Below, in pieces: positions 38,385-51,826 of a stretch of DNA of 64,000 bases. Numbering within the stretch: the first letter of the stretch is position 1; each line of letters starts with the position of its first letter. The notes under the pieces are model-generated. The model was not told the origin of the DNA. It saw nothing but the letters and a program-made list of their open reading frames with translations, and ran no database searches. Origin of the DNA: Mobula hypostoma (taxonomy: Eukaryota); contig NC_086105.1 in the NCBI RefSeq assembly GCF_963921235.1, positions 57,908,001-57,972,000 of the forward strand. The letters run 5' to 3'. The translations under genes and the position numbers were made by a program.

Positions 38385-39175
38385 ATATGACCATAAGACA
38401 TGGGAGCAGAATTGAGCCAGTCCGTCCATTGGGTCAATCTTCTCTGATGTATCTTCCCTTGCAAACACATTCTCGTGCTTTCTCTCCACATACTGTCACA
38501 CCCTTACTAATTAAGTGCATATCAGCCTCTGCTTTAACTATACCCAATGACTTGGCCTTCATAGCCATCTTTTGCAATGAATTACACAGATTCTCCACCC
38601 TCTAGCAAAAGAAATTCCTCCTCATCTCTGTTCTAAAGGGACATCCATATATTTTGAAGCTGTGCCCTCTGGTCCTAGTCTACCCGACTAAAAGAAACAT
38701 CCTTTCCATATCCACTCTATCTAGGCATTTCAATATTCAGTGTTTCACTGAGATCTCCGTCATTCTTTTAAACTCCAGCAAGTACAGGTGCAGAGCCATC
38801 AAATGTTCCTCGTACATTAACCTTTTCATTCCTGGGATCATTTTCGTGCACCCCTGTGGATCACCTCTAATGCCAGCACATCCTTTCTTAGAAATGAGGC
38901 CCAAAAATGCTCACAATACCCCAAATGTGGTCTGACTAATGGTATATAAAGCCTTAGTTTTACATCCTTGAAATTAATGCTAATATTGCATTTACCTTCC
39001 ATACTACTGACTCAAACAGCAAGTTAACTTTTATGGAATCCTGCACTAGTATTCCCAAGTCCCTTTCAACTTCTGATTTCTGAATTTGCTCCTCTTTTAT
39101 AAAATAATGTGTTTTTTTTTACTTCTACCAAAGTGCATAACTATGCACTTTGCACCATTATATTCCGTTTGCCAT
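38385..39175 (-). mobile_element. CR1 3' end
   Basis: MHFGR, LVRPHLG and RTRGHSF segments; (TCTTATGG) tail. Confidence 0.85.
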
Positions 39176-40229
39176 TGGCTTTCAGGGAACTTCACTGATA
39201 ATTCTGTTGTCTGAAAAGACAGTTTGATCTTATCAATGTAGTTTCAGATTAGATCAAACTCCTTCACCTTCTGTCTTGAACTGCAGTCCTTCCTTCAGAG
39301 TCACAAGTGTTTCAGGTATCATTCTGGGTATGGTATATGGGCATTGAAATTGGAGCCCCATAACAGACTGCCATGGAATGGCCGGGGTATTGGGGCTGGA
39401 GGAGATGGAAGACAGTTAAGAGGATGGAACATGACAACAATCCACCTGCATGCATCTTCTCCTGCTGTGGAAAGGAAGGGGAATTGGCTAATTCACCAAC
39501 ATAAATTGGGATCCCATGTCATAAATTGATGCTTGATGCTGTGACTGTGAAAAAAGACATTGAAGCTAGTGGATATGGAAGTCTTTATTTAGCAAAATGA
39601 GCAAGCATCATTCTCTCGGAAGGAGAGGCCTCCTGACCCAATACTACATCACATTTTTATACACTAAAGATCAAAGGTAACAGCAGGACAATTCTATAGT
39701 TATAAAATACCATATCTACAATGCTTCCTTTGACTTACATACAGTTTTCAAACACCTCCATCTTCACACCCACACTTTAGACACGCAAAATGAATGTTAA
39801 TTCCCACTGACTCTAGGCCATATTCATACATATGCAAATATCTATGGTCAAATGGAGTGTTTCTTTGTTTATCCCAAAATACAGCTCCAGAAAGCCCATA
39901 ACTCAGAGATGTATTTTAAATTCAATCTACAATTCACAATCAGGTCTGAAGACTGCCTAATGTTGAAATTAGTGTTTGCTATATAACATAACTCCAGAAT
40001 ACGCCCTAACGGTCCCTCCTCTTTTCTCTCCTGGACAAAAATAATTTTGATCCAGCAAAGGCCAGACCTTAAGGGAGAATCTAATCAAGTAGAGCAGCAA
40101 AAAATGCCCTGTACTTTGGATTGCTTTCCACAATTATCTATCATATCCCAATGTTCATCTCTATCTATGCTATCATCCCTAATGGCTACATACAAAATTT
40201 TAAGCAGAGGTTGTTCCAGAAATTTGACC

Positions 40230-42081
40230 TTCTTCTTCTTTTTCATGTGCCTTGCGTGTTACACGCTTGGGCAATCATGGCTCTCCACATCGAACGATCC
40301 CTCGCAGCATCAGTGATAACTCGCACACTTAGATCTGTTAGTTCTTTCGCAGTGTCCATATATTTTCTTCTTTGCCTTCCTCTTCCGCGTTTCCTGGGCA
40401 TATGGCCTTGTAATGTAAAGCATTCTGTTTCTCCCTTTCTGATGACATGGCCCAGGAATTTAAGTTTCCTCTCATTTAATGTTCTCATTAAAGATCTCTT
40501 TTGTATGGGCACGTTGGAGTACTCTCTCATTAGTTACCCTATCTCTATATGATATTTTCAGCATTCTTCTAAGAAACCACATTTCTGTTGCTTTTAAATT
40601 TCTTTGGAGTTCTGGTGTTATAGTCCATGTTTAGGAAGCATACAGCGAGATTGACCAGATGTAACATTTTAGTAGCCTAAGCCTTGTTGTTATAGAAATG
40701 TGTCTGTTGGTAAAAATGGGTTTCATATTTTTGGAAGTTGGTTTTGGCAATGGCAATTCTTCTTTTTATTTCTACTTTACTTCTAGCATCTTGTGATATA
40801 AAACTACTAAGGTAATTAAAGCTGGTCTTTTATTCAATCTCTTGGTTACCGATGTACAATTGGCAGTTGGGAGTACTCTGCTGTTTTGATATTACCATAC
40901 ATTTCATTTTTTTTACAGTTGATGGTTAGATCAAAATCTGCACTTGTTTGTACTACTTTGTCTAGGAGGATTTGTAGGTCTTCTGCAGCAGTTGCTATTA
41001 GGGTGGTATCGTCTGCATATCTTATATTGTTGATGTTAACACCTCCAATTTTTATCCCATCTAGGTCTTCTATTTCTCTGAGAATCATTTTGCTATAGAT
41101 ATTAAATGATTCCGGTGAGGCAACGCATCCCTGTCTAACTCCTCTTTGAATCTTAGTCCAATTGCTTATATTATCATCAATTTTTACCGCCATCGTTTGA
41201 TTTCAATATAAATTTTGAAGCAGTTGTTGGTCCCTTCCGTCAATGTTTAGCTTAGCGAGAATTTGAAATAATTTTTCATGTTGCACTTTGTCGAATGCTT
41301 TAGTGAAATCAATAAAACATAAAAAGACATCATTTTGATATTCAATTGCCCTTTCTGAAAGTATTCACAGTATGAAAATTGCATTCCTAGTTCCTCTATC
41401 CTCAATAAACCCATATTGCAGTTTAGAAGTTAACTTATTTTTAATTTGACCAGAACAATTCTCAGCAAAATCTTTATTATGTGACTCATAAGACTGATTG
41501 TTCTATAATTTTCACAGTCAATCGTTCCAGGAATTTTTGGCAGAGTTATAAATACCGATTTGATGATATCGTCAGGCAGTACACAAGAATCATATATGCC
41601 ATTAAACAGTTCAAAATGAATATCTTTGCCCAGATCTCTAGGGCTTGTATCATTTCCACTGAAATTTCATCAGGTCCTGTGGCTTTACCATGTTTCATGC
41701 TTTTCAATGCTTTAGTTATTTTTTCTTTGGTAATAGGTGGGCCAGAATTAGGGTGTTTAATATCTGGGGATTCCCCTGTATTATCTTCAAAAAGCTGCTA
41801 TATACACTGAATCCACCTCTCACATACTTTATCTGGATCTGTTGGTATAGATCCGTCTGCTGATCTTATACATCCTGCAGAGCAGGTTGTCTTAATTCTA
41901 GTAATTTCCTTAATTTTCTTGTGCATTTCGTTGCTTTTGTTAATATGGCCTTCTACTTCCTTGCATTTTTGATGCAAACATTCTTCCTCTGCAATATTGC
42001 ACAATTGTCTGGTCTGTCTGTCTAGCTCTCTGTATTGCACTTTATTATTCTTCACTAACCTTCTTTGTTCCATCAGATCTA
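40230..42081 (-). mobile_element. 5'-truncated RTE-clade LINE
   Basis: RGVRQGCVASP, NNIRYADDT, RKLKFLGHV, RGRGRQR; (GAA)n tail; TSD AAATTTGACC at 40220-40229 and 42082-42091. Confidence 0.95.
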
Positions 42082-43033
42082 AAATTTGACCAACAGTTTT
42101 AAAATGCAGCTTTGTCATTTGTATGCCCTGTTGCCTCCTTCCGTGTTGTCTGATTGCAGTTTAATCACATCCTTTACCTTCACCCCTTCATTCTCTGATA
42201 GCTGAAACTCAGCAGTGGCTATCAGTGGTTATTTTCTAGTTGGGGCATCAGCAAGGTAAATGTATCAGGTTCACATGCAACAGTTCACACTCTATGCTAT
42301 GACAAAAGATTGTCAGAAAGATTAGATGAACAAGTCTGTCAGACCCTTTCACCAATGTAGGAGGGGTTGGTGTGGTCTCTACTTGAATGGCTGCAAGGAC
42401 CTCACCCCAGTGACACTCCCTTAAAGATTATCCATTCAATCACTGGACCAACCACTGGAAGGGCCCAGTTCATTTGCATTCACTCCCCATTCTGATTAGG
42501 GTGACTGCCTTCGGGCGCTGTGTGTAATTTCTTCTCTTTCTCAGTCTGCCATGCCATTGAAGTTGTGGAACCTGATGTCTCTGCTGTAACTTGGATCCCT
42601 TCCCATCTATTTTCCTCAACATCTTTCTACTCTGAGTTATACAACCAATCACCCACCTTCAGCAACTAGCCTTTATTACAGGGTACAGTTACTGTTATAC
42701 ATTAACATACTTTCCACGGTTTGCTATCGTGCCTTCTTGGTGTCCTCTGCCTCTGCATTTGCTGTGGGTCTGATTCTATCGGTTGGTCAGAACTGATGCA
42801 GTCCTCTGATGTTCAGTACTTTTCTCTGCAAAGACACTTGCTCTGTCTGTGAGGGTGACAAGAAGATGGGTCATATGGTTTAACCGGAATCCAGTGTTCC
42901 CACTGGCTGTAATCTGAATCCAGTGTTTCCACTGGCTGCCTCGTCGAGACTGCACACCAACGCAGGTGTCATTCAACCACAGCACCATCCATGCTTCTAC
43001 CCACCTGTCTTTTCAACCAGCTCCCTTACCATG

Positions 43034-43611
43034 TGTTAGGGTGAGTTTTTGGGTAGATGATTCATTTACACTTAAATGACTCTGGCCACCAGTCTTCTGT
43101 TTGACAAAGTACTGTGGATTGAGTTCACTACAATGCATTTCCTAAAAGCTGTGAATATCAGGATACTAGCCGGAAGCTGTGGATGGAAGCGTGAAGTTTA
43201 CAGGTAGTTTTGAAGACAGTATTATCTATACTTTTATGATATCAATTGTCCTCTACGTTAGCACATAAAATACCAAATAAATGTATTGTGGATTTGACTT
43301 GCACTCCTAAAGGCTGTGAGTACCAACCCAGACACGTTGGCATCAGGAGGAAAGGATGAAGTCAGAAGGTGTAGTGTTTGTAGGTTGCTTCTAAAGGAAG
43401 CATTGTCTTTGCATTGTCTATAACCTTTTAAATAGCGATTGCCCTTTGTGTTTAGCATATAAATATGGAGCCCACATTGGGCTAGCAGACCTTCCTACCG
43501 AAAGCATCTCCATCCGTAGATGCCTGCTGTGCCTTGTTGTGTCGAATAAAGAAGCTGCTTTGTATCTACCAGTGACTCTGTCTCTCCAGTGATTTCATCC
43601 ACGCTGCAACA
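43034..43611 (+). mobile_element. Solo LTR
   Basis: TGTT..AACA termini, 5-bp TSD CCATG (43029-43033 and 43612-43616), TATAAAT ~43458, AATAAA ~43545. Confidence 0.8.
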
Positions 43612-45319
43612 CCATGGCTTGGTCACTTGGCTGTGGGAGGACTATCTTCTCTCCCTCTTGTTCTGTCTGATCTACAACGTGTTGCTGCTGTTTTGCTTGA
43701 TCCCTCACTGAGTTACACTAGTTACAGTGCTCCTTCACATCTCCATGTAGTCTTACTAATTTACCATTTGTAGTGTTTTTCTGTACACTTGTAATTTCTG
43801 TTGCTTCTTGTTCTTCCATTACCCTCCTCTCACTGATGTCTGCCCGTTCCTTCCCTTTCTGCTCCTTACTATCACCTTTCTGGTGAACCTTTACTTCAAT
43901 CACCGCTACCTCCTCAGCACCTGCATTATTTCTAACAACTCCTGGTTGTGCTTGGCTCCTTTCTTTGTGACCTCCTGACATGATTCCCACATATTGCCGG
44001 CCCCCTAATGAACCTTGGGAAGATCTGCGGATGACCACCATTGGCAATAGAGGCTGCCGTCATCTGTTTGTCTGACCTCACCAGCTCTGTAATCTGGTCA
44101 GCAGTCAAATCAGAAAGAAGGGCGCTGCTGCAGATTCAGCCTGCTGTGGTGAGTGATTCTCAAACTTCCCCTCTTTTCAGGATGCTGCCTCGAACCATGG
44201 CCTGAGAGGCCACAGCTGTAACAAATCATCTCCTTGATCCTCCCAGATCTCTTCTAGCAGTTCCTTGCTATGTGCCCCAGCTGCTGGCGCACAAAGCAAG
44301 TCCTCTGTTATGTCACAGCAGCTACATCCACTGTAGTAGCTACTTTATGAATTCCATTCCCCCTCCTCTGGTCTATCTCACCGGCCCATGATACTATCGT
44401 GGAGTAGGTCAATCCCACCGCTATCCCCAACTATAAAACTTCCAGGTGAGCTGAGTTCAGGCCTTCCTTTGATATTTTCAGGAAGACTGGGTCATCCCTC
44501 CCTGGAATATCCAACCCTGAATACTCCTCATATGCTTGATAGTTACGCTCTGCATAATCTATGGCTGACCCATCAACTCTCCGAACCACTGACATCATTA
44601 TTCCTCAGTTATTCTCACTTTTCCCTTAAAGAAGCAATATCTCTCTTCATTGCTGGCATTCCGGTAGTTACCCATGTACCACCGTCCATTCCCTGAGCCA
44701 TACTGTCCCACATATTCCTCGGGCATTTCACTTTCACCAACATCCGTTTGTATATCTTTAGTGTGCACCTGGTGAATTTCAATCACTTCCTCGAGCTTGC
44801 GCCAGAATTCTGCATTTCTGCAGATGACCTTAAGTGAGGGCAACTCTGACAAAATGCTTTGCTTCTCCCTGAAGGTGAAGAGTTTATGGACAGTCATAAT
44901 CAAGGTCAAGGGCTGCCTTGGGTCGTCAGGGTTCTCGACTTGACATTGCCAGACCTTAAAAGTGCCATCCTGACAGATATATCTGGGTATAGCCTCTCCC
45001 TCAAATATCTCCACAAAAATTCCTGCAATATGCAAAATATAAATGGTGGTTAAAAATTAAACTGTACATTCATAAAACATAGTACATAGTTTGCAAACTA
45101 CTACTTATGTATGCCTGAACTCATAATGCCTGTTGTATTGCGTAGCAAGTAAAACTGTTATACCAAAGTTACCAGTTTATTCTTAAAACACTCACAAGTG
45201 CATCTGCTACCACAGTTCCCTGAATGCATAAACATGCATCCTGCTGGTCAGTAACCACCCTTCACAACTGGTGTCTGTCTCACTAAATTAATGCAAAATG
45301 CCTAGACTCTTACTTAAGA

Positions 45320-45322
<3 letters not shown>

Positions 45323-45382
<60 letters not shown>
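45323..45382. repeat. (TC)n(AC)n compound microsatellite
   Basis: Read directly. Confidence 0.95.
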
Positions 45383-45602
45383 CACTTTTATATCTACCAG
45401 TTCCCCTCTCCATCCTCCCTGATAGTTTGTGATCCAATGATCACAGAGCTGAGCAGATCCACGTGTGAGTATTAATCTTAAAAAAAGACACTGTCTATGA
45501 CACGGCACATAATCATGATGATGATGATCCTGTTTATAAAGGTGATAATGAATTTTGCTGCTTTTCATTTTCATAACCTTGTTTCATTTAGTTTTTATTT
45601 AA

Positions 45603-45815
45603 AGATAGAGCACAGTGACAGGTCCTTCTGGCCCAATGAGCCATGCCATCCCATTACACCCATCTGACCGATCAACCAACTAACCCGTCCATCTTCAGAA
45701 TGTGGGAGGAAACTGGAGCACCTGGAGGAAACCGACACTATCATGGGAAGAAAGCACAAACTCCTTAAAGTGACAAAAACTGAACCTGAGTCCTACCGCT
45801 GTAATAACATTATGC
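45603..45815 (-). mobile_element. V-SINE/HE1-like SINE with CR1-type tail
   Basis: TGTGGGAGGAAACTGGAGCACCTGGAGGAAAC (V domain, reverse) and GGGCCAGAAGGACCTGT tail. Confidence 0.75.
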
Positions 45816-46951
45816 TGGGTGCCGCCCAGTGCACTGGTTTCAATGCTGAATTCAAGTGCTGTCTCTGCATAATATGCATACTCCCCCTGTACCCATGTGC
45901 GGTTCCTCTGTATGTCTCATTTTCTCCCAAATCCTAACAACGCATTAGCTGGTCCTCTAATGCAAGCTCAGGCAAAAGGAAACTTATGGCAGATGATGGA
46001 CGCACAAATTAAACTCAAACTTGTACTACATGAGGGAGAATGAGTGGAAGGGCTACAAGGAAAGGAGAGGAATGAGAATGGGATTACTCCCCAGGACCAT
46101 GGAAAGGACACAAGGAACAAAATGACAACCTTCTTTGATCTATGAGCAACACAAATCTATGCATTTAGAATTGCAGAGATGATATAAAACACCTGACTGG
46201 CCTCTCTAGAACTGGTTCATCAGAAGAGACGGGCAGTGAAGCGGATCGGATGGGCACCCCTCTGCCTGAGTCGGAATCCAGCAGCAGTGCTGTAGTCAGT
46301 TCACCATTTGCATTGGAAAAACCATAATAAACAACTTGCTTCAGTTCCTTTCTTAACAATTCTTCCCTCAGTAAACTATTACTGTCTTCATCAACAATGT
46401 AACATTGTTGGTAAATTGTGAAGTTGGTTTATTATTGTCACATGTACTGAAGTACATTGAAAATCTTTGTTGTGCATGCCATCCACACAGGTAATTTCAT
46501 TACAGCAGTGCTTTGAAGTAGAACATAGGAAACCAATACGAAATGAAGAATAATGTTTTACAATTACAGAGAAAGTGCAGTGTGAACAATAAGCTGGAAG
46601 ATCATAATAAGGCGTATTCTAATATTATCTTAGATTTACTTTGTATGCCCATCGAAATACACAGCACCATTATTTGGGAAATAATTATTTGGGAAATGTA
46701 CTTAACATTTATTGCTTATTTATTATTATTATTTCTTTGTTTTTTTTCTTTTGTATTTACACAGTACAGTTTGTTGTATTTTGTACATTGGCTGTCTTTT
46801 TGTCTTGTTGGGTGTGGTCTTTCATTAATCCTATTACGTTTCTTGGATTTACTGAGCATGCCTGCAATAAAAGGAATCTCAGGGTTGTATGTGATGCATA
46901 TAGGTACTTTGATAAGTTTACTTTGAAATTTGAAATCTTGTCTCGCTGACG

Positions 46952-47699
46952 TGCCTTTGAAAAACAATGCTATAGCTCCCCCTATGGTACAGTTGATGAA
47001 TTCGCCATTAATGAGGAGAGACTGCATTCACTTTTTAGTCTATGTTAAACTAATTATTCCCAGTTGGGATTAGTTGGGACACAAGATCATAACAATGTAA
47101 ATTATGAGGTCAAGAGTTCATCTCATGATATTAGAGGACCATTCACTATCTAATTACAGCAGGATGGAGGCTGTCTCTGAGCCTGGTGGGACATGCATTC
47201 AGACTGTTATAACATCTGCTTGATTTTGGGGGCGGGGGGCACAGGGAGAAGTGAAAACGTACGGGGTGGGTAGGGTGCTTGATTATGTAGGCTGCTCTAC
47301 TGAAGCAGCAATATGTGTAGACAGAGTCTAGGGTAAGCAGACTGGTTTTCACGATCTGCTAAGCTGTGGCCACTACACTGCAGTTTTTTCACATCATGGG
47401 CAGTGCGGTTCCGATATGAAGTTGTTGTTAATATACTCTGACTTCTCTGATCCCAAGGCGGCAGTCTACTCTGGAGTGGAATGTGACCTAAAATTGTGTG
47501 TTCTAATAACCTGCTCGTTACTTTACAATGCATGGCCATCAAACCACACTACACCCATTGTACCTCATGCATGCCTTTGAAGAACAATGCTATAGCTCCC
47601 CCTATGTACAGTTAATAAAGCTGCTGTCACTGACGAGAGACTGCATTAAGGTCTGTCTGTTAATTGAATTGTTCCCAATTAGAATTAGTTATGACACAA
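46952..47699 (+). repeat. Imperfect ~130-bp direct repeat (46952-47084 and 47572-47699)
   Basis: TGCCTTTGAA.AACAATGCTATAGCTCCCCCTATG..GAGAGACTGCATT..GACACAA occurs twice. Confidence 0.85.
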
Positions 47700-48619
47700 A
47701 CACCAGGACAGAATTCTCCAGCTGTTCATTCGATTACCTAACAGCGCTGAAACTGAAGAAATATTCCAGACAAAAGGGCTTTTCTACCTGCCTGCCTCAA
47801 TATACAAGAACATATGTTGACAAGATATAGGAGTAGAATCAGGCCATTGAGCCCATTGAGTCTCACCCAGCATTCAATCTGAGCTGATTATTTTCAACCC
47901 CACCTTCTTGCAGTAAGCCTTAACCCCTTTACCAATCAAGAGCTTCTCAATCTCTGCCTTAAATACAGCCAATGTCTCGGCCTCCACAGCCCTGACAACA
48001 ATTAATTCCACAAATTTTTCATGCTCTAGCTGAAGACATAAATTCCTTGTCACCTTTCATGAAAATGAATGTCCCTTTGTTATTGCAAAACAGCCACAAA
48101 ATATTCTCTATAATCTGTTCCAACTTCAAAATATCACCCCCACCACACTGCCAATAAAAGTCCACAATGAGAGCCTACAAAACATTTTCTTAGCTTGAGA
48201 GCCAGCTCTCAAGGAACACGAAGATCCTTGATGGTAATCCATGTGGAGCAGCACTGTCTCTGGCTGTTTGTGGCACAGAGCAACCAGATACCAAACCAGG
48301 CACAAAGCTCATCATGCCCTGGCCAGATGAGACCCCCATTCTCCCAAACACTTCAGAAACTTGAACTATTCAGAGCAGACAGGCTAAGGTATGGAGAGGC
48401 ACCACCTTCTCCTCAACACCCTTCATATCTGTGGGGAGAATAAGTGAACCAGAGTTTGCACCATCTCCCAGTTCAATGTCACCATCACTCTTGCCACTAA
48501 TTATACTGGAATGGTGCAGAACCATCATTTACATGTCTAGCAGCATAATTGCATTAAGGGCGCAATTCATTACACACTATTGGAATCTGGTTGAATATCT
48601 CTGTAAAAATTGTGACACT

Positions 48620-49300
48620 TTTTGGCAGCAGTATGGTGCCAGATGCAACAAGTTACTGTAAGTTACAATTAAAATAAAATAAATAAAGATTGCAAAAGAA
48701 GAATAGTGAGGTAGTGTTTATGAACTATTGACAAATCTGACAGAGAAGAATAAGCTGTTCCTAAAATGATGTGTGGGTCTTCAGGCTCCTGTACCTCCTC
48801 CCTGATGGTACTAATGAGAAGAGGGCATGCTCTGGGTGGTGAGGCTCTTTAATTACGGATGCAGTCTTTCCGAGACATCGTCTTTTGAAGTTGTCATCGA
48901 TGATGGAGAGGTTTGTGCCATGATGAAGATGTCCGAGCTCACAACAATTGCTGCCTCTTAAATTCCATACAATGGCACCTCTGTACTCAGTGATGCAACC
49001 AGCTATAGTGCTGTCCAGTTCCATCTGCAGAAAGATGCTGGAGTTTTTGGTGATACACCAAATCTCCTCAAACTCCCAATGAATTATAGCCACTGGTGTG
49101 CCTCCTTCACGATTGCATCAAAGAGTTGGGCCCAGAACAACATCTCTGAGATGTTGACATCCATGAACTCGAACTTGCTCAACTTATCCACTGCTGCCAC
49201 CCCTGATCAGGACCGGTGTACGTTCTGCCAATTTCTCCGCTTGAAATCCATGATCATTCTTCAGACATTAAGTGCAAGGTTGTTGCTGTAACACCACTTA
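48620..49300 (-). mobile_element. Rex1-type LINE 3' fragment
   Basis: ORF 48761-49093 ends ASVIKEPHHPEHALFSLVPSGRRYRSLKTHT. Confidence 0.85.
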
Positions 49301-49476
49301 ATCAGTGTAAGTTATTAATCTAAAATCATTCTATCTATATGAACACTTTTTAGATGTTTTGATATTTAACAGCAGCAGAGATCTCTCAGGTGTACTACAT
49401 ACAGCACAGAACAGGAATAAGATCTCGCTGTTCAACCCATTTTGTGCCAGACTAATTAATCTGGTAATTAAAACCT

Positions 49477-51826
49477 TGTAGCCGCACTGATACGCGATGA
49501 GTGAAAACAACACACTGACTCAAGTAGGGTCAGGTTGAACCGTTTACTGTTTGAATTGGCGCGCTTAAGTGCCTGCTCCCAGCAACCCCTGCTCTTTGTG
49601 GGGCGGAAGCGATGTCGGCTTCCGGGCCGAGGTCTGTCCCGCACTCAGAGTCCTCTTGGTTGCCGTCGGCTGCAGACTCACCGGCGACTGCTGGAGCCGG
49701 TTTGCTTGCGGCATGGCGAGCCACCACATGAACCCCCCAGAACCGGCGCTAGGGGGTGCAGGGTCCGCAGCCTGCACACACTCAGTTCTTTTAGCTGGCT
49801 GGCCTTAACGTCATGGGGGTGGTACCGCAACCGGGCGTTCAAGGTCCAGATGCGCCGGTTTGAGACAGTCAATGGTAAAAGTCTCATCCCGACCGCCACT
49901 GACGAGAACACAGGTCACTCCATTATGGCGCACCACCTTGTAGGGTCCCTCGTATGGTCGCTGTAGGGGTGGTCTGTGCACGCCTTGGCGGACGAAAACA
50001 TACTTGCTCTGTTGTAGGTCCCTGGGCACGAAAGAGGGTGTTGTTCCGTGATGGGATGTCGGGACTGGGGCAAGTGTTCCAAGCCGCTCCCGGAGTTTAG
50101 TTAGGACCCCAGCAGGTGTGTCCTCCCGGCCACGGGTTGCTGGCGCAAACTCACCGGGAACCATGAGCGGGGCACCGTAAACCAGTTCGGCTGATGATGC
50201 GGCCGGGTCCTCCTTGGGTGCCGTGCGGATGCCAAACAGCACCCAGGGAAATTTGTCCACCCAGTCTGGCTCTTGGAGGCGTGCCATCAGGGCTGACTTC
50301 AAGTGCCTGTGGAAACGTTCCACCAGGCCGTTAGACTGCGGGTGGTAAGCAGTCGTTCGGTGGAGCTGGGTTCCGAGGAGTTGTGCCAGTGCAGACCACA
50401 AAGCCGATGTGAACTGCACACCCGTCTGAAGTGATGTGGGCTGGGAGTCCGAACTGTGCCACCCAGGTGGTAATCAGGGCACTGGCACATGTCTCCGTGG
50501 CCATGTCAACGAGTGGGACAGCTTCCAGCCACCTCGTGAACCTGTCCACCATGGTGAACAGGTATCTCGCTCCTCTCGAAACTGGCAGTGGGCCGATGAT
50601 GTCCATGTGGACATGTTCAAACCTCCTATGTGTCGGCTGGAAGGGTTGCAGTGGGGCCCTCACGTGTCTCTGGATTTTGGAGGTTTGCCAGTGCGTGCAT
50701 GTCCTGGTCCAGTGACCGACCTCCTTGTGTAGGCTGTGCCACACAAACCTGTCTGCGATCAGCCGGATGGTCGCCCGGATGGAAGGGTGGACTAAACTGT
50801 GCAAGGTGTCAAAAACGCGGTGCCTGCAAGCGGTCGGAAAAATGGGCTGAGGTTGCCTGGTGGACACATCGCAAAGGAGCTTCTTACCTTCGGGCCCAAT
50901 GGTTATGTCTTCGAGGCGGAGTCCTGAGACTGCGGTTCGGTACGCCAGCATCTCTCCATCCAGCCGTTGCGCCTCAGCTAACACCACATATTCCACCCCC
51001 CCGGAGACAGAGAGTACACTGATTGGACTGAGGTTCGTGACAGTGCGTCTGCCACACGTTGTTCTTCCCGGAGATGTGCTTGATCGTGGTGGTAAACTCC
51101 GAGATGTACGACAGATGGCATTGTTGGCGGCCCGACCATGGGTCCGACACTTTGGCAAACGCGAAAGTGAGGGGCTTGTGGTCTGTGAAGACCGTGAACT
51201 CCCTCCCCTCCAGGAAGTACCTGAAGTGCCGGATGGCAAGGTACAGGGCCAGCAGCTCCCTGTCGAAAGCGCTGTACTTAAGATCTGGGGGTCGTATGTG
51301 CCGGCTGAAGAAGGCGAGCGGCTTCCACTGCCTTCGATGAGCTGCTCGAGCACGCCCCCAGCTGCCACGTCGGAAGCATCCACAGTGAGGGCAGTGGGGG
51401 GTGGACTAGGAGTGTGGTGTTTGCTAGCGCGTTCTTGGCTTGTTCGAAAGCTGCCTTTGCCTCCTCTGTCCAGGTGACCTCTTTGACCTTGCCGGACAGC
51501 AATCCAAAAAGGGGCCGCATGATCCGGGCCGCTGAGGGCAGGAACCGGTGGTAAAAGTTAACCATCCCAACAAACTCCTGCAGGCCTTTAACAGTGCTGG
51601 GCCTGGCGAATTGGCGGATGGCCTCGACTTTCGCCGGCAGGGGCACAGCTCCATGGCGGTCGATCAGGTGTCCCAAGAAGTCAATGGCGGGTAGGCCGAA
51701 CTGGCACTTGGCGGGGTTGATAGCCAGGCCGTAGTTGCTCAGGCGGCGGCAGAGCAGGGGTAACTGTGCTAGATGATCCTGGCGGGAGTGGCTGGCGATA
51801 AGGATGGCATCCAGGCAGATGAACAG
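49477..51826 (-). mobile_element. Gypsy LTR retrotransposon, 3' half (RT end, RNase H, integrase, PPT, 3' LTR), frameshifted
   Basis: ORFs 51278-51676 (FVGMVNFYHRF), 50331-51383 (DASD, HMDIIGPLP, VDRFTRW), 49811-50419 (TAYHPQSNGLVER, PYEGPY). LTR 49477-49728; PPT ~49729-49744. YLDD decayed to CLDA at ~51815. Confidence 0.95.

Larger units (their letters stand above)
39540..45050 (-). mobile_element. Possible decayed, internally deleted ERV-like provirus hosting two later insertions
   Basis: PPT-like GAGAAAAGAGGAGGGA (~40011-40030) abutting an LTR-like segment; integrase-tail-like PQPSDQAMVR..DRW..V..WKHW; capsid-like ORF 44598-45035. Confidence 0.45.

Noticed and set aside
50860-51477. 205-aa plus-strand ORF
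   Set aside because: Antisense shadow of GC-rich Gypsy pol.
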